From: Candidatus Saccharimonadota bacterium
GTDB lineage: Bacteria > Patescibacteriota > Saccharimonadia > Saccharimonadales > Saccharimonadaceae
Assembly (NCBI GenBank): GCA_002421785.1
Contig: DIRZ01000002.1
Location: 1 to 32,000, forward strand
Length of the DNA stretch: 32,000 bases
Direction: 5' to 3'
Positions within the stretch are counted from its first letter, which is position 1. The number at the start of each line of letters is the position of its first letter. Below the pieces are notes generated by a model. That model worked only from the letters and a program-made list of their open reading frames with translations. It did no database searches and was not told the origin of the DNA. The position numbers and the translations under genes were made by a program. This document shows positions 16,945 to 27,721 of this stretch, one piece after another.

Positions 16945-17304
16945 TTATATAAGGGCCTGGAGTTCACGGGCGAGCGCGGGAAATTGGCGTATGGGTGGAG
17001 TATACGTCCCCATAGCCTCACCCCTAGACCAATCTATCCAGACTTCAGATTCCGACAAGTCTCGGATATCCTCGGGCATATCTACCTCAATATCCTCACA
17101 CGTACCATCCGGTTTCTCAAAAGCCGCTCGCACGATCAACCTTCCAGTCATTTCAGTAATAGTGGCGCCCCCCTCCGTCTCGACTTCCCGAATGGCCGTC
17201 TCGCCCAATTTTTTTGTCTCAGCATCAGGTTCCTGCAGTCTCTTGTTGGCCACCTCCCATAACTCACGAATCGCTAAGTGTGCGTCTTGCCGCGTCGTTG
17301 ACAT
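16945..17304 (-). CDS. Hypothetical acidic 119-aa protein
   Basis: It is an ORF with no motif that I recognise. Confidence 0.45.
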   Translation of the reverse strand: MSTTRQDAHLAIRELWEVANKRLQEPDAETKKLGETAIREVETEGGATITEMTGRLIVRAAFEKPDGTCEDIEVDMPEDIRDLSESEVWIDWSRGEAMGTYTPPIRQFPALARELQALI

Positions 17305-17361
17305 AGTCTCTTCCCCTTACGATGGTTGTACTATACAACAAATTAGCATGGTTGTCGCAGG

Positions 17362-17552
17362 TGGTCTTGGGGCGAGGATATCGCGTATCTGCGGCGCACT
17401 CCTCCCTGCGGTACTCGCCCAATAGATGAGAGCACCTTTTGGGCTCCGTTCCTCGTTCGCCGAACCTTATGGTTCGTGCCCTACTCCCGGAAATCGAAGA
17501 TATGAATTAAAACAGTCCTCCATTGGAGGGCTTTTTTAATTCATCTTGGTTC
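17362..17552. repeat. Island-flanking direct repeat, copy A (degenerate tRNA-fMet 3' fragment, about 170-bp unit, then TGGTTC remnant)
   Basis: Positions 17394-17552 align without gaps to 27755-27913. I count 9 mismatches outside a flipped 29-bp hairpin. Positions 17362-17379 are a decayed copy of TGGTTCCGGGGGCAGGAC. Confidence 0.85.
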
Positions 17553-17728
17553 ACCAAATACATTCGAATTGGAACCTTATCTGTTCAGAGTTGGTTAGAT
17601 GGTTAGGGTTATCAAGGGGTGAAATCTCCGCAATTTACTCTGCCGTGCGAGACTAGAACTCAGCCAGTTTAGCTCCTCATGTACATTGAGTAGCTTCCCG
17701 AACGCTTAGAGGTTAATGCTTCATCTTC

Positions 17729-18093
17729 TTATGTTAGTACGAGACTATTTTTCTTTTTTGGGAAAAGTGGTCCGAGCGTAACGTATGAAACGACAAGAGC
17801 TATGGCAAATATAACAATAGCCATTACAACTGCAGTAGCGATTCTTTGAGCTGCATTTGGGGTACCCAAAATTTGGAACAAGGCGGTTAAACACCAAGTC
17901 GCTGCTAGTACCAAAAAATTATCGATGAAACGAGAGTTGCACGACTAAGGTATCGCAAATGTCTTTCCCGCAAAAAGGCATTGTCTTTACTCTCGTGGAG
18001 TATGATTTCAGGATCTCTGCGGATATACAAAAGCCGCATTAAATTAAATCCTGCGCTAAGAACTAAAATGATGCTTATTACGGTTGACGTCAC
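17729..18093 (-). pseudogene. Possible frameshifted 3-TM immunity-like gene (track ORFs 17905-18093 and 17729-17914)
   Basis: The two ORFs overlap by 10 nt in different frames. Fusing them at ...SSIIFW/VLAATWCLTALF... makes one continuous TM helix. The alternative is two coupled micro-ORFs. Confidence 0.35.
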
Positions 18094-18294
18094 TTTTTGA
18101 TGGCATCAATTAGGCCAAATATTACAAATAATATGCCTGTGACTATGGCACCATATGTAGATATTCTTACACTCCGCTCCCCAAAGTGAAGTTTGTAGTA
18201 TCTGTTCTGCAAATCAAGCAGATGCCCCGACAAGGGCCTTGCAAAAAATAATTGATACTATGCCAAGGGTAACGAACAAGTAACCTGGATTCAT
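18090..18294 (-). pseudogene. Frameshifted third paralog of the 2-TM immunity family
   Basis: The ATG 18294 frame reads MNPGYLFVTLGIVSIIFCKALVGASA and then stops at 18216-18214. Another frame continues LLDLQNRYYKLHFGERSVRISTYGAIVTGILFVIFGLIDAIKK. That matches QNEMWKLHFGERSVQISIW... of ORF 19219-19434. Confidence 0.65.
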
Positions 18295-18297
18295 ATC

Positions 18298-18510
18298 CTA
18301 ATGCACTAACATCCGAGCGCTCTGCACCAACAATGATACACCAATCAGAGCCGCAACTAGCCTGTTAACTATGATTGTTTTTTGATCGAATTTTATACCC
18401 CAAGCTTCGTTTTGGACCTTAGCTATATATCGAGCCAACTGGCCGTTAAAGATTATTAGGCTTAGTCCAGCTACAGCTACTAACACTATTTCCAATTTAT
18501 CATGTGCCAT
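18298..18510 (-). CDS. Small 2-TM protein, putative immunity for orphan toxin tip 2
   Basis: The 70-aa ORF lies immediately downstream of the orphan tip. AGGA lies 6 nt upstream. It shares the QNE(A/M)W motif and architecture with 19219-19434. Confidence 0.6.
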   Translation of the reverse strand: MAHDKLEIVLVAVAGLSLIIFNGQLARYIAKVQNEAWGIKFDQKTIIVNRLVAALIGVSLLVQSARMLVH

Positions 18511-18526
18511 ATTATTCCTAAGTATA

Positions 18527-19192
18527 TCACCATGTATAGCTCAACGAGTGGGAGTACCCTCCCGGCAAACCGATCCCATATTCATAGGAGCCATCAGCGT
18601 CACGGCTGCCACTAAGTCCCAATAGCGAGATTGACGTACTTTGGCTTAGCCCCGTCTGTAGGTGGTTGCCCGCAACCCAACTTATACCACGACCCGCGCT
18701 CGAGATACCAATTGATGCACGGAGATGAAGTGTGTGGTCACTATTGAACGCAACCCCTAAGGATACTCCCACTCCATACCTTGCAACACTTACGTCAATC
18801 GCCGTGTACCCAGTAATAGGCACAGGGTGCGGAGCATTGTAAAGTGAATAGGCTGCTTTTAACTTCGTAATATCCGTCCCAGCCACTGTAGCCCTCTTCA
18901 TCGCCGTAGAGTTATCCTTCTTGGCAATGGATACCGTTTTGTAGGCTACCAGTATCCTGGTTGGGGCAGCGCTTGCCTTCTGTAGCCGTGATCCACCTGG
19001 TGCTGACTGGATATTCCTGCCGCTTGGTGCGGGTTGCACTGCACTAATAGTCCCTGCCGGTTGCCAGAAAGATACGCTCCCGGCGGGGCATTGTAACATA
19101 CACATCCCACTCAGGTCATTGAAGTTTATTGGGTCCAGTGAGTAGCTGTAGGCATTGGCATTACCGCCTATGACTGGATCTTTGGATGTAAC
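18527..19192 (-). CDS. Orphan Rhs C-terminal cassette 2 (28 codons of Rhs core end plus about 190-aa toxin tip)
   Basis: The frame is open from 19192 and reads [30 protein letters not shown]. That stretch is nucleotide-identical to the main Rhs gene. A divergent tip follows. The only start is the junction Met (19105). Confidence 0.75.
   Translation of the reverse strand, partial: VTSKDPVIGGNANAYSYSLDPINFNDLSGMCMLQCPAGSVSFWQPAGTISAVQPAPSGRNIQSAPGGSRLQKASAAPTRILVAYKTVSIAKKDNSTAMKRATVAGTDITKLKAAYSLYNAPHPVPITGYTAIDVSVARYGVGVSLGVAFNSDHTLHLRASIGISSAGRGISWVAGNHLQTGLSQSTSISLLGLSGSRDADGSYEYGIGLPGGYSHSLSYTW
19041..19191. repeat. 151-bp perfect direct repeat, copy a
   Basis: It is identical to 20920-21070 (offset 1879). 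It spans the Rhs core-end/toxin junction. Confidence 0.95.
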
Positions 19193-19218
19193 TCAATCGA
19201 TCACAGTCAACCAACGGA

Positions 19219-19434
19219 TTATTGGTGTGACAATGCCTTGACTACGCTCGATATAATGATGAGGACACCGACAAGTCTAAACATCCATATGGAAATCTGT
19301 ACAGATCTCTCGCCGAAATGGAGTTTCCACATCTCATTCTGAGCCTCTATACTCCTTCTGCCAAGGGTATTCGCAAGAGATACAACTATTATCCCGATTA
19401 ACACTCCCACTACTAGTACTTCATGATTATTCAT
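19219..19434 (-). CDS. Small 2-TM protein, putative immunity for orphan toxin tip 1
   Basis: The sequence is MNNHEVLVVGVLIGIIVVSLANTLGRRSIEAQNEMWKLHFGERSV... The track start at 19440 is a TTG, and I prefer ATG 19434. Confidence 0.6.
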   Translation of the reverse strand: MNNHEVLVVGVLIGIIVVSLANTLGRRSIEAQNEMWKLHFGERSVQISIWMFRLVGVLIIISSVVKALSHQ

Positions 19435-19471
19435 TACCAACTCATTATACCTAAATCAATTTACATACTAA

Positions 19472-20071
19472 TCAATAGATTCTCGTGTACGTTATTGATG
19501 CTCCGGGCATGCCGAAGCCTGCAGCCCTTAACCCCTGATAATTAACACTGGCGCAAACGAAGATGCACAGATCTAATGTAACATCCGAGCCCTCTGTGAC
19601 ATTGCCAGAACTCACCGAGTAGCTAGGGCTAAAGCCTGGAGTGCCAATTCCGCCCTGCCAATATCTGCGTGTCACAGTCCCATCAGTAACCAGGCCGTAA
19701 CCTCCAACTATACCGCCGAACCCTGCGTTTACGCCGATAGCTTTACTAGAAGGCCCGACTTCAGTGTGCTGTGGCGCTCCGTATAACTCCATCGCAGGCT
19801 TCAACTTAGTAATATCCACTCCACTCACGGTCGCCCTACCCATCGCTGTAGAGTTATCCCTTATGGCTACCGTGGCCGTCCGATTCGCTACCAGTATCCT
19901 ATTCGATGAAGTGCTGGACTTCTGGATACTCGTACCGCTCCGGGTGGATTGGTAACTGCTGGTAGTTCTGGTTGGCTGGACAGCTCGAGTAGTAGCCGCT
20001 GGCTGTAAGTATGAAGTACTGACAGTACATTGCAGCACGCACATCCCACTCAGGTCATTGAAGTTTATTGA
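19472..20071 (-). CDS. Orphan Rhs C-terminal cassette 1 (toxin tip with a short core remnant)
   Basis: It reads ...[10 protein letters not shown] then CVLQC... It shares a 30-bp perfect match with the main junction. The middle part (NSTAMGRATVSGVDITKLKP) is homologous to cassette 2. The track's N-terminal extension to 20185 overlaps the immunity gene and is rejected. Confidence 0.7.
   Translation of the reverse strand, partial: SINFNDLSGMCVLQCTVSTSYLQPAATTRAVQPTRTTSSYQSTRSGTSIQKSSTSSNRILVANRTATVAIRDNSTAMGRATVSGVDITKLKPAMELYGAPQHTEVGPSSKAIGVNAGFGGIVGGYGLVTDGTVTRRYWQGGIGTPGFSPSYSVSSGNVTEGSDVTLDLCIFVCASVNYQGLRAAGFGMPGASITYTRIY
20041..20070. repeat. 30-bp junction repeat, third copy
   Basis: ACATCCCACTCAGGTCATTGAAGTTTATTG also occurs at 19102-19131 and 20981-21010. 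Confidence 0.9.
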
Positions 20072-20108
20072 ATTGAGTGAGTGGGCATTTTTCAGTAGTA
20101 GAACCGTG

Positions 20109-20408
20109 CTAGTTCCGGGGGTGCTTGCGGTAGAGTATAAGATTAGCCCCCATAATAGCACCAACCAGAAGGTTAAGCCCCGCAAACTCTAATCCAAGTT
20201 TTAGATTACTAACAAGCAGGTAGCCTAAAGGAACGCTAAATACTGCGACAAGAAGCAAAAACCCGAAGTAAGTAGGAAGTCGGGACCTATCGAAGTAAAT
20301 GTCGCGATTTATTATACCCATACGGGGACCACGTATCTGGGAAATAAGAAATAAGACCGTCGCAAATATAAAAGCGATAATTACTAATAGCGTTTGATTA
20401 TCTCTCAT
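20109..20408 (-). CDS. 3-TM small membrane protein, putative cognate immunity of the main Rhs toxin
   Basis: The 99-aa ORF starts 19 nt after the Rhs stop. AAGGGG lies upstream. Confidence 0.65.
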   Translation of the reverse strand: MRDNQTLLVIIAFIFATVLFLISQIRGPRMGIINRDIYFDRSRLPTYFGFLLLVAVFSVPLGYLLVSNLKLGLEFAGLNLLVGAIMGANLILYRKHPRN

Positions 20409-20426
20409 TCATTTCCCCTTCTAATC

Positions 20427-23400
20427 CTAATACTTTAATCCACTAAGATAACCTCTAACATCCTCTTGGATGGAAGTATCTGTTACATCATTGACCTTCT
20501 CGCCTATTGTCATATATGTGAGGAAACCACCCCACGCACCCTTTGTACAACCACTTACAGCCGCAGCTGGGATGCTTACACCCTCCGTAAACATTGCTGC
20601 CATCATACCTGCTGCCATGAATGCCCCACCGGTATATACACATCCCTGACCTACAGCCATTACCGCCCCTCTTATTGAATAACTGCCATTACCAGACGGT
20701 GCTTGCACTACGGCAACCGGAAGCGACTGAACCAAAGGTAACTTGATTCTAACCGGTTTGACAGTGGCCACCGCAAGCCTCGTTGAACTGTCGTAGTGCT
20801 TCGCTATTACAACTGTTTTATTCGCTACGTTTTGTCTCGTTAATGCTGCGCTAGACTTCTGAACGCTAGTCCCCCTCCCTGCCGCCTGATAACTACCCGC
20901 TGTCCGAACTGGTTGTACCGCACTAATAGTCCCTGCCGGTTGCCAGAAAGATACGCTCCCGGCGGGGCATTGTAACATACACATCCCACTCAGGTCATTG
21001 AAGTTTATTGGGTCCAGTGAGTAGCTGTAGGCATTGGCATTACCGCCTATGACTGGATCTTTGGATGTAAAGGCACCGAGTACTGCTAGGTAGACTCTGG
21101 CACCCATTTGAACAGGAGCAAGCCCCATGCTGGTTTCTTCAAGCTTTTGAGCTGAACCACCATAGCCGTAGCTGCCGTCGAGGGTATTGGCTACCCTAGT
21201 GCCACCGGGCAGCATGTTGCCGTATGGGTCGTAGGTGTAGCTGTTGAGCGGACCGTTACCGGTGCTGGTGTTGGCTCCCGCACCGTCCAGTGTGAGTAGT
21301 GTACGGCCAAGTATGCTTGGTAAGCTGTACGTCTTTTGAGCACTACCGGTTTGTAGCGGATGAATGGTCAACAGCACACCACCAGGTAAGCTTACAGACT
21401 TCTCCACGATATCCCAGTTGGCATCCCGAATTATATCCGGAGAGTCTCCGTCACCCGTATAGCCGTAGTACCAGTAGTTATTAACCGTGTACGTTCCCGC
21501 GTTGATATCGTCGTGTTCACGGTACGTGATACGGCCCGTGACGTCACGGTCATAGTACATGGCATCACCATTCTGATTACTATCGTAATTGACCAGGCAC
21601 CAGTTGCGGTCGGTGCTGTCGTAGCACATTCGGAGCGGCGTAGTGCCCGTGCCAAGATAGGTCATATTGCCATGGCCGTCATACTCACTGTAATTGGCCA
21701 CAGGATCGCTACTGGCAACAATCTGGTCGGCATAGTTGTAGCAATACTGAGTAGTCGTTCCGTCCACCGTTCGCCAAGTCATGTTGCCATTCTTGCCCGC
21801 ATTCGGGTTTATGCCGTTGCTAGTGCCACAGTATGTGGCATTTTGACCATCATAGCCGTAGGCATATGAGTCCGAGCCGACGGATGCTGCCGTAAGGCGC
21901 CCTGCTTTGTCGTAAGTATATGCCTGGCTAAGGCTATTTGCGCCGGATTGGACGACGTCTGTCAGTGTTTTACCACTTTGGGTGAAGGTCTTGGTATCGG
22001 AAATGGTCGTGCCATTAGCCAGCGTGTAAGTTAGTGAATTATCACGCTGCATACTATCGTGGCCCACCTGCGCACCTACTTGCTGCCCGGCATTCGGGTA
22101 ATTGACGTGGTCTACACGTCCGTATTGATCGTATGTAACGATTGCGTACGTTGTGCCGTCTAGTACATAGCTCGCCAATCGATACAGATTATCGTATGTA
22201 TATTGCTCCGTGCCCAGATCGCCAACTTTTTGTGTTAGTTGACCGGTGGCATTGTAGTCGTACTCCGTCCAGTTACCATCCACGTCGGTGTAACCCGTAG
22301 TTCGGCCCAGCAAGTCAACGATAGTGATGATTGAGCCGCTACTGTCCCATACTACTGATGTGAACGGATCACCATTACGAGCGTAGTCGTGGCTTACTGT
22401 CCGCGCAGATCCATCACCGATTGCGGGGATAGCCATAGTGCTAACACGGCCACGACTGTCATAAGTTGTGCAGGTCCATGGGTCACTGTTGTAACGATTC
22501 GCCACAACGCGTCCTGCATCGTCATAGATTACTTCGTACACGCGTCCGGCGGTGCTCCCGTCTGGGCTCGCTTCCGTACGGGTCTTCATGAAACCAGCTT
22601 GCTTGTAGGCCTCAACTGTAGTCGTGCATGGGTCATCTCTTGTTTCGGTAGCACCATAATAGGCATAGCTATAGGTCGGGTTGCTCGATGGGCTGCCTGG
22701 CAAACTACTGGATGTTTGGCGCAAGTAGCTTCCGCTTGCCCCTTGTTGCTCATAGGTAGTCTGAGCAGTCAGATTAAGCCCCGTAGGATCAACTGTCGCA
22801 GAGCGAGCCAAACCTAATTCTGGATTGCTACCGTAGTCTGTCGTGACCGTTGTGTTGCCTATAGTGCTATCGTAGACCGTGCCTGAGGTCGGTAAGCTAT
22901 ACCCAGGCTTTAAATAGCCACTCCAGTCACTTGTTGCGCCGAAGCCTCCTTGTTGTTGCACCGTGAGCGTGAACGCACCCGTAACACCTGTTCGGCGATA
23001 CGTTTCAAGCTGGAAACGTTTTGGCGAACTATCAGTGACACTAAACGTTGAATTTGATGTGACACGAGTCGTGGTACTATCTGTCCACTGGTTCAAGATA
23101 AGCTGATCGGCTATCCAAAGCCTCACACCGTCAGGCGTCGTGGCGCTGATCGTGTAGGTACCAACCGGTAACCTTAGCTCGCCACTTGCGCTGAAGCCTA
23201 TGCCCTGCTTACCCGATGATGCCGAAATTGGCGGACTCGTAAAGTCATTCGTTAATGTGCCCGGAGTAGTGGTGTTGATACCAGTAGTGTGCAATTTTGG
23301 AGCGCCATACAGGATACCTGAGGTATCTGTTGATTGCTTAGAGTAGTCAAACCAAGCAACGGATGGGCCTACAATGTTTTCGTCATATCCGGCGTCCGAT

Positions 23401-26400
23401 CGAGCAACTTGTGAGGTATATGTCGAGAGAGGCACCTGATGGGTGGGGTCCGAGGTGTCATACCAAGTACTTGGCGCCGGGCCATAATTGGTTACTGGGC
23501 GATCCTCGTCGTCGTATATGGTCGTGCTCTTCAGGCCAAGATTATTTGTGGAACCGTAGACAAGGTCTTTGTTTTCATCCCACTCTACCGAAGAACTTTG
23601 GTTATTATTATCCGTGACCTTGGTTGTACGGTACAAATCATCGTACTCAACACGCTTCATGAAGCCATTAGGTTCAGTTGCACCCGTAATATTTTCTTCA
23701 GTTGCTCCTGCATATCCAGGCACGTCATTGCCGTTTTGATCCACATATCCTTTTAATCCAGGTAGGTACTTCAAAGTGTACTCAATCCTTGAGCCGTTAT
23801 CGGCTGCGTCTGGCATCTTGACTGATGTCACACGACCTAACTGATCGTATGTTAACGAAGTATTCGCATTGTCATTATCCGCACGATAACCGGCTGCAAT
23901 CGCATCCATCGCCAAACTATCGCGAACTGCGTTCAGACGGTAACCTACCGTACTACCTGAACCATTAGTGACTGCTTCGTAGCGAAGATCGGTTAGGTTG
24001 CTACCGGGCTGAGCAATACGCGCCAGTTGGCCTTGGATGTAATAGAAATGGGTGCTTCGCCCATCATTGGTCGTCACGGCACATAACATTCCTGTTGGAG
24101 TCGTTGCATCGAAACCGGTAGGCGACGTGCCGCAGGACGAACTGCCGCTATAGTAGAGCGTCGCGCTACGAGATTGGTCTACTCCGTCGATTATTTGCTG
24201 AAGATGCGTTGGAGTTCCGCCGTATACATACTTGAGTGCAGCTGGAGTCCTGTCATCGCTCGAGCTCGTTGCGGACGACAATGTCCCATCGCTATTGAAC
24301 ACGTAAGTCATTCCGTCAATATCTTGGAATGTGAAAGTGCCATCTGCATTCCGTACCAAATGGCCGTCCTCATTTACTGGAGGCGTGTAGCCTGAACCCG
24401 TCCATTTATATTCATGGGTAGCGCCCGATGCGTCACTGAGGATAACACTGTTAAGACTAGGTTTTAGATGGTCGTAATTTACTCCCCCAGTTGAGCTTGT
24501 ACTAAGCTGCCAACCAGCAGGTAGCACTTGAGCATTTGGCGAAAGCCAGTCAGAAGGCGTAATTTGCGCCGGAACGGTTGTCCCATTTGAAGTCTTCATC
24601 CAAAATTCAAAGCTGGCAGTAGTGGCTTGGTCAAAATATTCGATGGTTATTGGTACTTGAACGCCTTGGGTAAGATTCATGGTTGTCGTACCCCATTGCG
24701 CTGTTGAAGGCGCTGAGTGGGCGGTCCAGTTGTTATAGACAATGGTGTTGCCTGTACCAACAGTTATTTTTGCTCCATCATCGCTACGCACTCCGAACAA
24801 GTATGTACCGGTTGTGGGTACGGTAAGATAACCAGTCCATCTTGCTAGAAAATCAGCCGGACCACCAGCAACAGGCGCGCCCGTTCCCCAGTTGAAGCTC
24901 AGTAATGGATCCGTTCGCTTCATCACCAAAGGATTACCGCTCGAGAACGTGTTCGTACCATCTAGCCGTGCAAAGTAACTGCCCGTAAGCCCATGCTCCG
25001 TAGCTGCGGGGCGTACTCCAGTCTGCAACCAATCAGATGGAGCAATCTGATCTTGGCCGTCAGGCGTTTTTACGTGCAGCTGGACATTCGCGGTGCTTGT
25101 GTTTTCCCAGTACAGTACGCTAATGGGTACCACCTGACCGGCTTGGAGCGTTGTCGCGGAGCCATAGGTTATGCCCGTGTGCCACGCCGTGCTGTTGTAC
25201 ACTTGCACGCTATTCACAGTTACGCTCATCGTGTCATCGTTAGTGCCCCCGAAGTAATAGCTCCCTGTTTGCGGAGCGATAAAATAGCCATCCCATTGAG
25301 CTGAGTAGTGATCATTTACGCTTGTAGTGAACCCTGGGTTACCTGTGCCCCAATCGAAGTCAACATTTTGGTCTACTCGTGTTATAGCTGGGGTACCACT
25401 GCGGGTATCGTTTGTCCAATAACGGCCGACTAATCCGGCTCGCGAACGAAGAGGAGAGTTGTAGTCCATAGTCACTCCAAGTGACCCGCCCAAAGCATCA
25501 GATGAATGGCTCATAGCGCTGGTCGATACATTACCAGTCGCAAGATCCACACTTACTGGCCCGATATCTTCATATGTCTGAGTTTTATCTTTCCCGGTGC
25601 GTGTATCAATCCTGAACGCCACAGAGGTTCCCCATGCGCTATAGCTAGCAGTAATGGGGTCATAAACCCTGGCTTGAATGTAGTAAGTATTGCCGTCTTG
25701 CAACACATTGTCAGGCGACGTCCACTGACGAGCATTGAGTTTGCCTGAGTCAATAATCGTACCGTTTGCGGTAGGGCCGGTGCTTACCAAGAACTCGTAT
25801 TGTAGCGGCGTGCTGCCATTTGGGTTTTGTTCATAATTAACCGTGAATGATGGCTGAGTTTCGACATACACCTGATCGTCCACGGGGCTTGCTATGCTAG
25901 GCGCTGCTGGGGGACCGCCGTAAGTAAACGCGACATAGCTTCCCGTCGTACCACCGGTGCCCGGATCAAAGTTTTTGAAAGAATTCGTTGTGCCATCTTC
26001 CCCACCAAGCATCAACCATGCACCGAAGTCACCAGCAGCAATTCGCGCCTGATAAATATTAGTGACATCGATGTTCCCTGAAGTTGCAATATTACCGGAA
26101 TCATTAAAGTGGCCACCCTCAAGACAACTTGAAAAACTATTCAAACAAGTTGCATGCCCAACATAATAAGTATGAGTACCAGTAGCCCCGGTCCAAAAAC
26201 TCGCCTGGCGCTGTACTAAATGAAGGCTTGCTTGTGTTAAAAGATTGCTGGAGTTTTTGAATTGATCATATTTGGCATAGAACGCGCTGCGCCAATATCG
26301 CAGGATGTTATTGCTGTCGTACAAAGAACCGGCATATGGGTTACACTCCGTCGAAAGACAGATAAAGCCATCACTCTTAAACGACTTGTAGTTACCACTT

Positions 26401-27563
26401 GTCCGTGTGCCGAAGTTACTGTAATAGGTACTCGGGTCAATGACCGCCGGGAACGCCTTGTCGGGGAGATCCGCCAAATAAGAATCTTCGACGGAAAGCT
26501 TAATGGTATCCGCCGAGTATGTTTGCGTGAATTTACCAGGCTCCGTGACCATACCAAAATTATTTAGAATCAAGTTTGCCGGAGTTACATTGAACTTTTG
26601 GTCTAGGGCTCCGTCGATCGAGTAGTATGTACCAACCTCCTGCTGCCCCTGGTGTTTACCCAGCGTGCCACCGAGCAGTTTGAAACTAAAACTATGGGCG
26701 GAATCTTTGTTCTTGAGAATAATATTCTCCTTCACAGCATCGGTTTGGAGAGAATATTCAACATCCACACCATCCCAAAGGTTGTAATAGTGCACCGTTT
26801 GTTGGCCGTCGGCTTGGGTAATGACGGGCGTGACCGAGTTGGCACCTTCGGGTACATACCCTATCTGATCTGTGCCCATTTTGATTCGAACCATGCCTCC
26901 TGCAAAATCACTTGGCGCGAAGCGTGCCTGCCATGTATTCCCCGATGTCGTGAAGAACGCCTCATTCGTAAACCACGATTCAATATTCCCCCACGTCTTG
27001 CCAAAGATATTTCCAGAGTCAGCAGCGTTTTTGTCTTCGGTGAGGCCAAGATCGATAGTCTTCCACTCTCCGTCCACTTTATAGAAATGAGGAGCGAAAT
27101 AATTCTTGCGCGTAATTGAGCCGTCCGCATTAACTTGGCTCTCCGATGTCGCAGTACGTTCACTGACAATTTCATGAGGGGTGATCGGCGCTTGTTTTTC
27201 AATTGTGCCAAGCGCCTGTTTGCTAGCACCTATGCCCGAATTGCCTCCAAGTACGGAAAGCACATCGATACCGGTCGTATCGGCAGCGGCATCGCCACTG
27301 CCTTTTGTGGGTTGCATACCACTTGGGTAGTTAAAACTATGCTCCTTTGTTGTGGCGTCTTTATCAATGTGGAGGCGCTTAGAGGCATTAGTAAAGTCGT
27401 GTTTCTTATACTGGATATCTACGGCAATGGCAGAAGCGCTGGGAGCACTAAGTCCAGCCAAGAACAACAGAAGAAAAAACAGCGCTGTGAGGCGCTGTAT
27501 AGGTAATTTTCGTAATCTCGTAAAGTTTAGGAGTTTATTGGTAACGCTGAACAATCGGGTCAT
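20427..27563 (-). CDS. Sec-dependent Rhs/YD-repeat polymorphic toxin (WapA-like) with three PA14-like domains
   Basis: I start it at ATG 27563 (MTRLFSV...), which has AGGAGA 6 nt upstream. The signal peptide is [21 protein letters not shown]. Many YD repeats are present ([45 protein letters not shown]). The core-end motif is [29 protein letters not shown] 184-aa tip follows. Confidence 0.92.
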   Translation of the reverse strand: MTRLFSVTNKLLNFTRLRKLPIQRLTALFFLLLFLAGLSAPSASAIAVDIQYKKHDFTNASKRLHIDKDATTKEHSFNYPSGMQPTKGSGDAAADTTGIDVLSVLGGNSGIGASKQALGTIEKQAPITPHEIVSERTATSESQVNADGSITRKNYFAPHFYKVDGEWKTIDLGLTEDKNAADSGNIFGKTWGNIESWFTNEAFFTTSGNTWQARFAPSDFAGGMVRIKMGTDQIGYVPEGANSVTPVITQADGQQTVHYYNLWDGVDVEYSLQTDAVKENIILKNKDSAHSFSFKLLGGTLGKHQGQQEVGTYYSIDGALDQKFNVTPANLILNNFGMVTEPGKFTQTYSADTIKLSVEDSYLADLPDKAFPAVIDPSTYYSNFGTRTSGNYKSFKSDGFICLSTECNPYAGSLYDSNNILRYWRSAFYAKYDQFKNSSNLLTQASLHLVQRQASFWTGATGTHTYYVGHATCLNSFSSCLEGGHFNDSGNIATSGNIDVTNIYQARIAAGDFGAWLMLGGEDGTTNSFKNFDPGTGGTTGSYVAFTYGGPPAAPSIASPVDDQVYVETQPSFTVNYEQNPNGSTPLQYEFLVSTGPTANGTIIDSGKLNARQWTSPDNVLQDGNTYYIQARVYDPITASYSAWGTSVAFRIDTRTGKDKTQTYEDIGPVSVDLATGNVSTSAMSHSSDALGGSLGVTMDYNSPLRSRAGLVGRYWTNDTRSGTPAITRVDQNVDFDWGTGNPGFTTSVNDHYSAQWDGYFIAPQTGSYYFGGTNDDTMSVTVNSVQVYNSTAWHTGITYGSATTLQAGQVVPISVLYWENTSTANVQLHVKTPDGQDQIAPSDWLQTGVRPAATEHGLTGSYFARLDGTNTFSSGNPLVMKRTDPLLSFNWGTGAPVAGGPADFLARWTGYLTVPTTGTYLFGVRSDDGAKITVGTGNTIVYNNWTAHSAPSTAQWGTTTMNLTQGVQVPITIEYFDQATTASFEFWMKTSNGTTVPAQITPSDWLSPNAQVLPAGWQLSTSSTGGVNYDHLKPSLNSVILSDASGATHEYKWTGSGYTPPVNEDGHLVRNADGTFTFQDIDGMTYVFNSDGTLSSATSSSDDRTPAALKYVYGGTPTHLQQIIDGVDQSRSATLYYSGSSSCGTSPTGFDATTPTGMLCAVTTNDGRSTHFYYIQGQLARIAQPGSNLTDLRYEAVTNGSGSTVGYRLNAVRDSLAMDAIAAGYRADNDNANTSLTYDQLGRVTSVKMPDAADNGSRIEYTLKYLPGLKGYVDQNGNDVPGYAGATEENITGATEPNGFMKRVEYDDLYRTTKVTDNNNQSSSVEWDENKDLVYGSTNNLGLKSTTIYDDEDRPVTNYGPAPSTWYDTSDPTHQVPLSTYTSQVARSDAGYDENIVGPSVAWFDYSKQSTDTSGILYGAPKLHTTGINTTTPGTLTNDFTSPPISASSGKQGIGFSASGELRLPVGTYTISATTPDGVRLWIADQLILNQWTDSTTTRVTSNSTFSVTDSSPKRFQLETYRRTGVTGAFTLTVQQQGGFGATSDWSGYLKPGYSLPTSGTVYDSTIGNTTVTTDYGSNPELGLARSATVDPTGLNLTAQTTYEQQGASGSYLRQTSSSLPGSPSSNPTYSYAYYGATETRDDPCTTTVEAYKQAGFMKTRTEASPDGSTAGRVYEVIYDDAGRVVANRYNSDPWTCTTYDSRGRVSTMAIPAIGDGSARTVSHDYARNGDPFTSVVWDSSGSIITIVDLLGRTTGYTDVDGNWTEYDYNATGQLTQKVGDLGTEQYTYDNLYRLASYVLDGTTYAIVTYDQYGRVDHVNYPNAGQQVGAQVGHDSMQRDNSLTYTLANGTTISDTKTFTQSGKTLTDVVQSGANSLSQAYTYDKAGRLTAASVGSDSYAYGYDGQNATYCGTSNGINPNAGKNGNMTWRTVDGTTTQYCYNYADQIVASSDPVANYSEYDGHGNMTYLGTGTTPLRMCYDSTDRNWCLVNYDSNQNGDAMYYDRDVTGRITYREHDDINAGTYTVNNYWYYGYTGDGDSPDIIRDANWDIVEKSVSLPGGVLLTIHPLQTGSAQKTYSLPSILGRTLLTLDGAGANTSTGNGPLNSYTYDPYGNMLPGGTRVANTLDGSYGYGGSAQKLEETSMGLAPVQMGARVYLAVLGAFTSKDPVIGGNANAYSYSLDPINFNDLSGMCMLQCPAGSVSFWQPAGTISAVQPVRTAGSYQAAGRGTSVQKSSAALTRQNVANKTVVIAKHYDSSTRLAVATVKPVRIKLPLVQSLPVAVVQAPSGNGSYSIRGAVMAVGQGCVYTGGAFMAAGMMAAMFTEGVSIPAAAVSGCTKGAWGGFLTYMTIGEKVNDVTDTSIQEDVRGYLSGLKY
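20920..21070. repeat. 151-bp perfect direct repeat, copy b (inside the main Rhs gene)
   Basis: It is identical to 19041-19191. Confidence 0.95.
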
Positions 27564-27687
27564 TTTCGGTCTCCTACACAAATTTACTACCGTACTCATA
27601 ATAAGCTTAAGATTTAGTTAAGCACAACCGTTTTGTTCTAAGTCATTGTGGAAAAGTTTACGATACCACTCTGTGCGTGGTTTCGAA

Positions 27688-27721
27688 GAAAAAGCACTCA
27701 CCGTTTGGTGAGTGCTTTTTT
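27688..27721. terminator. Bidirectional intrinsic terminator
   Basis: The sequence is AAAAAGCACTCACC-gttt-GGTGAGTGCTTTTTT. Confidence 0.8.

Noticed and set aside
20072-20185. N-terminal extension of the orphan-cassette ORF (MRGLTFWLVLLW...)
   Set aside because: It overlaps the 3' end of the immunity gene 20109-20408 in another frame. It has no homology to the Rhs core.
20466-27621. Dozens of 60-155-aa ORFs on both strands inside the Rhs gene
   Set aside because: They are shadow ORFs within a continuous 2378-codon frame that has clear YD-repeat periodicity.
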